A stretch of DNA of 64,000 bases from positions 1 to 64,000 of the forward strand of contig NW_027365966.1 of assembly GCF_046119375.1 (NCBI RefSeq), given 5' to 3'. Origin of the DNA: Phyllobates terribilis (lineage: Eukaryota). The notes under the pieces were generated by a model, which saw nothing but the letters and a program-made list of their open reading frames with translations, did not search any database and was not told the DNA's origin. This document shows, one piece after another, positions 61,600 through 64,000 of this stretch. How positions within the stretch are numbered: the first letter of the stretch is position 1; each line of letters opens with the position of its first letter. Position numbers and translations under genes: made by a program.

Positions 61600-62460
61600 T
61601 ATCTTAATGACGCGCATCTGGAACTCCCTTAAATAGTTTTATGTGCATTTTCGAAAATGACGTGCATCATTAATGACGCGCATTCTTAAATAGTTTTATT
61701 TTCGAAAACTATTTCATCCACAAAAGGGAGTTCCATTCTTAAATAGTTTTATCCACAAGTGGAACTCCCTTTTGTGCAAATATTTATGTGCATTTGTGCA
61801 AGGTTTCAAAGTATTTGTGCAAATCTTTTTTTTGACAAAGTTTTTATATAGTTTTGGCAAGGCTTTTCAAATAAAGTGCAAGATTTCTTTGCATTTATGC
61901 AAACTTTCTAAGCATTTGTGCAAAGTTTTTCTCCAAAATTTCCTAGAGTTTTGTGCAACTTTTTTGTGCAAAGTTTTCAGAAAAATGCATATTTTCTTTA
62001 TATTTGTGCAAAGTTTGCTTGCATTTGTACAAGAATTTTGTGTATTTTGTCACATCTTATGTACTCTTTGAATTTAATGTCTCACATCTATGAACTCTTT
62101 GAATTCAAATAAAGTGTTAACATATGATTCATCCGCATGACTCGAACAAATGGTTAATTAGTAACTAACAAATATATGGCTAATGTTTAATTTTAGAATG
62201 GGATTGAAAAGCAATCAATTGATTTTGTTGGAGATGAGGGGGCGGTGACAAAGAACGACAAAGTTGGAGTCGAAGTCGGGAAGCTAGGGCAGTGAAGGTG
62301 ACGGTGGCGATCGAGACAAAGTCGGGAAGCTAAAGAATCAAAGAGGAAGGAAAGGGGAAAAAAAAAGAAATAATCTGGAGCATTGGATTGTTTTTAATCT
62401 AACGATTCATGTTCTTTCTTATTTTACACTATACTGTCCATTCTCACTTGATATGTTTCC
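61600..62460. mobile_element. Probable remnant of another MULE-like non-autonomous element
   Basis: Short direct and inverted repeats (CTTAAATAGTTTTAT x3, GGAACTCCCTT / AAGGGAGTTCC), TTGTGCAA repeats, a GA-rich stretch and a TIR-like end (TTTTAATCTAACG...TTCTCACTTGAT). No partner end found. Confidence 0.35.
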
Positions 62461-62514
62461 TTATTTTAATTATATACACTATACAAAAATTTGTTATCTA
62501 GTTTGTCTATAAAG

Positions 62515-62640
62515 TAGGGATGGGCAAACGACCGTTAAACCGGACTGGAAATGACCGGACCAAACTAGGAGTATTACGATCTGGTCATTTCTGGTCCTTA
62601 TAAATGAAAAATCCCGAGCCAAACTTGATTGGACTAGGAT
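62515..62640. mobile_element. Left-end fragment of a hAT-type MITE
   Basis: TAGGGATGGGCAAA followed by ACCGG/CCGGAC motifs; no right end in the window. Confidence 0.45.
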
Positions 62641-62778
62641 TATATTAAAAAATAAAACATAATTTGTACTTGGTGTAGACTACATCTAAGAAGATAGTCA
62701 ATAATTAGTCTAATCAAACAAGAATATTGATAGCCTAATTTTTTTTTTACAAGTCATACAAAGGTCTCCTAGCCACTA

Positions 62779-64000
62779 TGATTAACCTAAATCATCACGT
62801 CAACTGATTGATAGGCAACGTCTTATATAGCGTAGCAAGTGGTCGTTAACATCATTTACGAGTGATTTGGAATGTTTATGACGTGTATTACCGTGATCCG
62901 GACCAAGTAAAGCAAAGACGTTAAACACAAGGATTATGGACATTCGAGGAGAAGATTTCCAAGGGTACTAAGCCGGAGATGCGCACACAGGGACGTGACC
63001 GCGCATGGCCGCAGAAGCATAGGCGCGAACATGCCTTGGCGCGCGCGACCGCTTCACCGGACGCGGGAAAAAGTTGATATCTCAGTCTAGGCGACCGCGC
63101 CCATGTCGGGCCGAGAAGCCTTAAAAACCCTAGTTTCACTTGGAGCTTTATGTTGGCTTTGGACTACTTTTAGATGAAGCTTTGGGCTAGGTTAATTAGG
63201 TTTAGCTCCTTTTGCTAGGTTAATAAATAGAGGAGCTTTTGTCTCCATCTAAACACAATTACATTTTCATAGTTTGTTCATTTCATATTTACGTAGTTTT
63301 CGCAATGAGTCAGGAGTAGTCCCATATACTTTGTCTGATTGACGGAAGCCCGTGAGTTGAACTAATTAGCTACAAATGAACAAGGATTAGGGCAACTAGG
63401 GGATATATAGACATTAGGAAAGAACCAGAATAGAGAAGTCTAGGATCATTTAATCAACTTGTTAGGTGGATTGTGCAAAGTGTTTTTCCCATATTTGTCT
63501 TCAATAAATCATTTGTTAGTTAGTTTATACAATCCCCCCCCCCCCCCCCGCCTTGGTTACTTTTAGAGTTGATTGAACCTAATATCATAATAATTGATCT
63601 CCCTTGATTCCTTGTGGGATTCGACCCCTACTTACTGCTTTACTTAGGTAGAGTAGTTTGAAAGGAATTTACTTTGATGCGGCGTAACGACCATTTTGGC
63701 CGCTGTCAAATTTGGCGCCGTTTCTGAGGAATCAAATTTCTTTTCTTGTGGTATTAATTTAATTGACTCCGGTGCTGACTAGTGTTTGGTCATCACCCTC
63801 CCTAGTAACCATTCACTTGTTGATCCTATTCCAGAGATTGAGGGGATTGTCAGGAGGACTAGAAGAGACAGAACAACGGAGACGATGAACGATCGGGATA
63901 ACCAGACCCCTGAGTAGGTGCAGACGAATCAACTATTGATGAATAAATTTTTAGAGGCCTATTCTCTGAACAACAATGGCGGAAACATGACACTGCGGGA
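62779..64000 (+). mobile_element. Athila-type Ty3/gypsy element: 5' LTR (~62779-63708), PBS and start of the internal region
   Basis: LTR ends ...GCTGTCA (63708), followed by TGGCGCCGTT (63713-63722). LTR has the 3' motif GATTCGACCC seen in this lineage. Gag-like MNKFLEAYSLNNNGGNMTLR at the window edge. LTR start is approximate. Confidence 0.75.
63713..63722 (+). promoter_or_regulatory. Primer binding site, Athila type (TGGCGCCGTT)
   Basis: Four nt after the LTR-terminal CA. Confidence 0.8.

Noticed and set aside
63534-63549. Poly-C run as a special element
   Set aside because: It lies inside the Athila-type LTR, and its length is unreliable given the homopolymer errors seen elsewhere.

Overview
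Eudicot plant nuclear DNA, heavily filled with transposons. Three host genes lie in the middle: a vacuolar processing enzyme/legumain (VPE, +, 19122-21699), a Core-2/I-branching (GT14-like/DUF266, BC10-type) glycosyltransferase (-, 23580-26227) and an intact DUF866/UPF0587 (CZIB-like) gene (-, 29755-36168). The left third is a nest of a Ty3/gypsy gag remnant, a CACTA transposase remnant and a Mutator-like element (MULE). That MULE carries a transposase-SWIM-OTU fusion, an unknown small gene and a convergent plant-mobile-domain (PMD) gene, and is interrupted by a non-autonomous CACTA that holds a LINE tail. The right 40% is a single ~24.5 kb multi-gene MULE (36988-61447, 10-bp TSD). It has a Ulp1-protease gene, two paralogous accessory genes (one ending in a B3 DNA-binding domain), a convergent FAR1-type transposase and several arrays dense in the palindrome AGTGCACT, and is interrupted by a Sirevirus (copia, env-like ORF) lacking its 3' LTR. 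The window ends in the 5' LTR/PBS of an Athila-type element. The most interesting lead is this VANDAL-like MULE, which pairs a B3 DNA-binding gene with its own motif arrays and could be a self-recognition or anti-silencing system (inference only). Clustered single-base homopolymer indels in VPE and the glycosyltransferase suggest consensus errors in the assembly, so frameshifts here should be read with caution. All calls come from reading the sequence and recognising motifs; no database searches were run.
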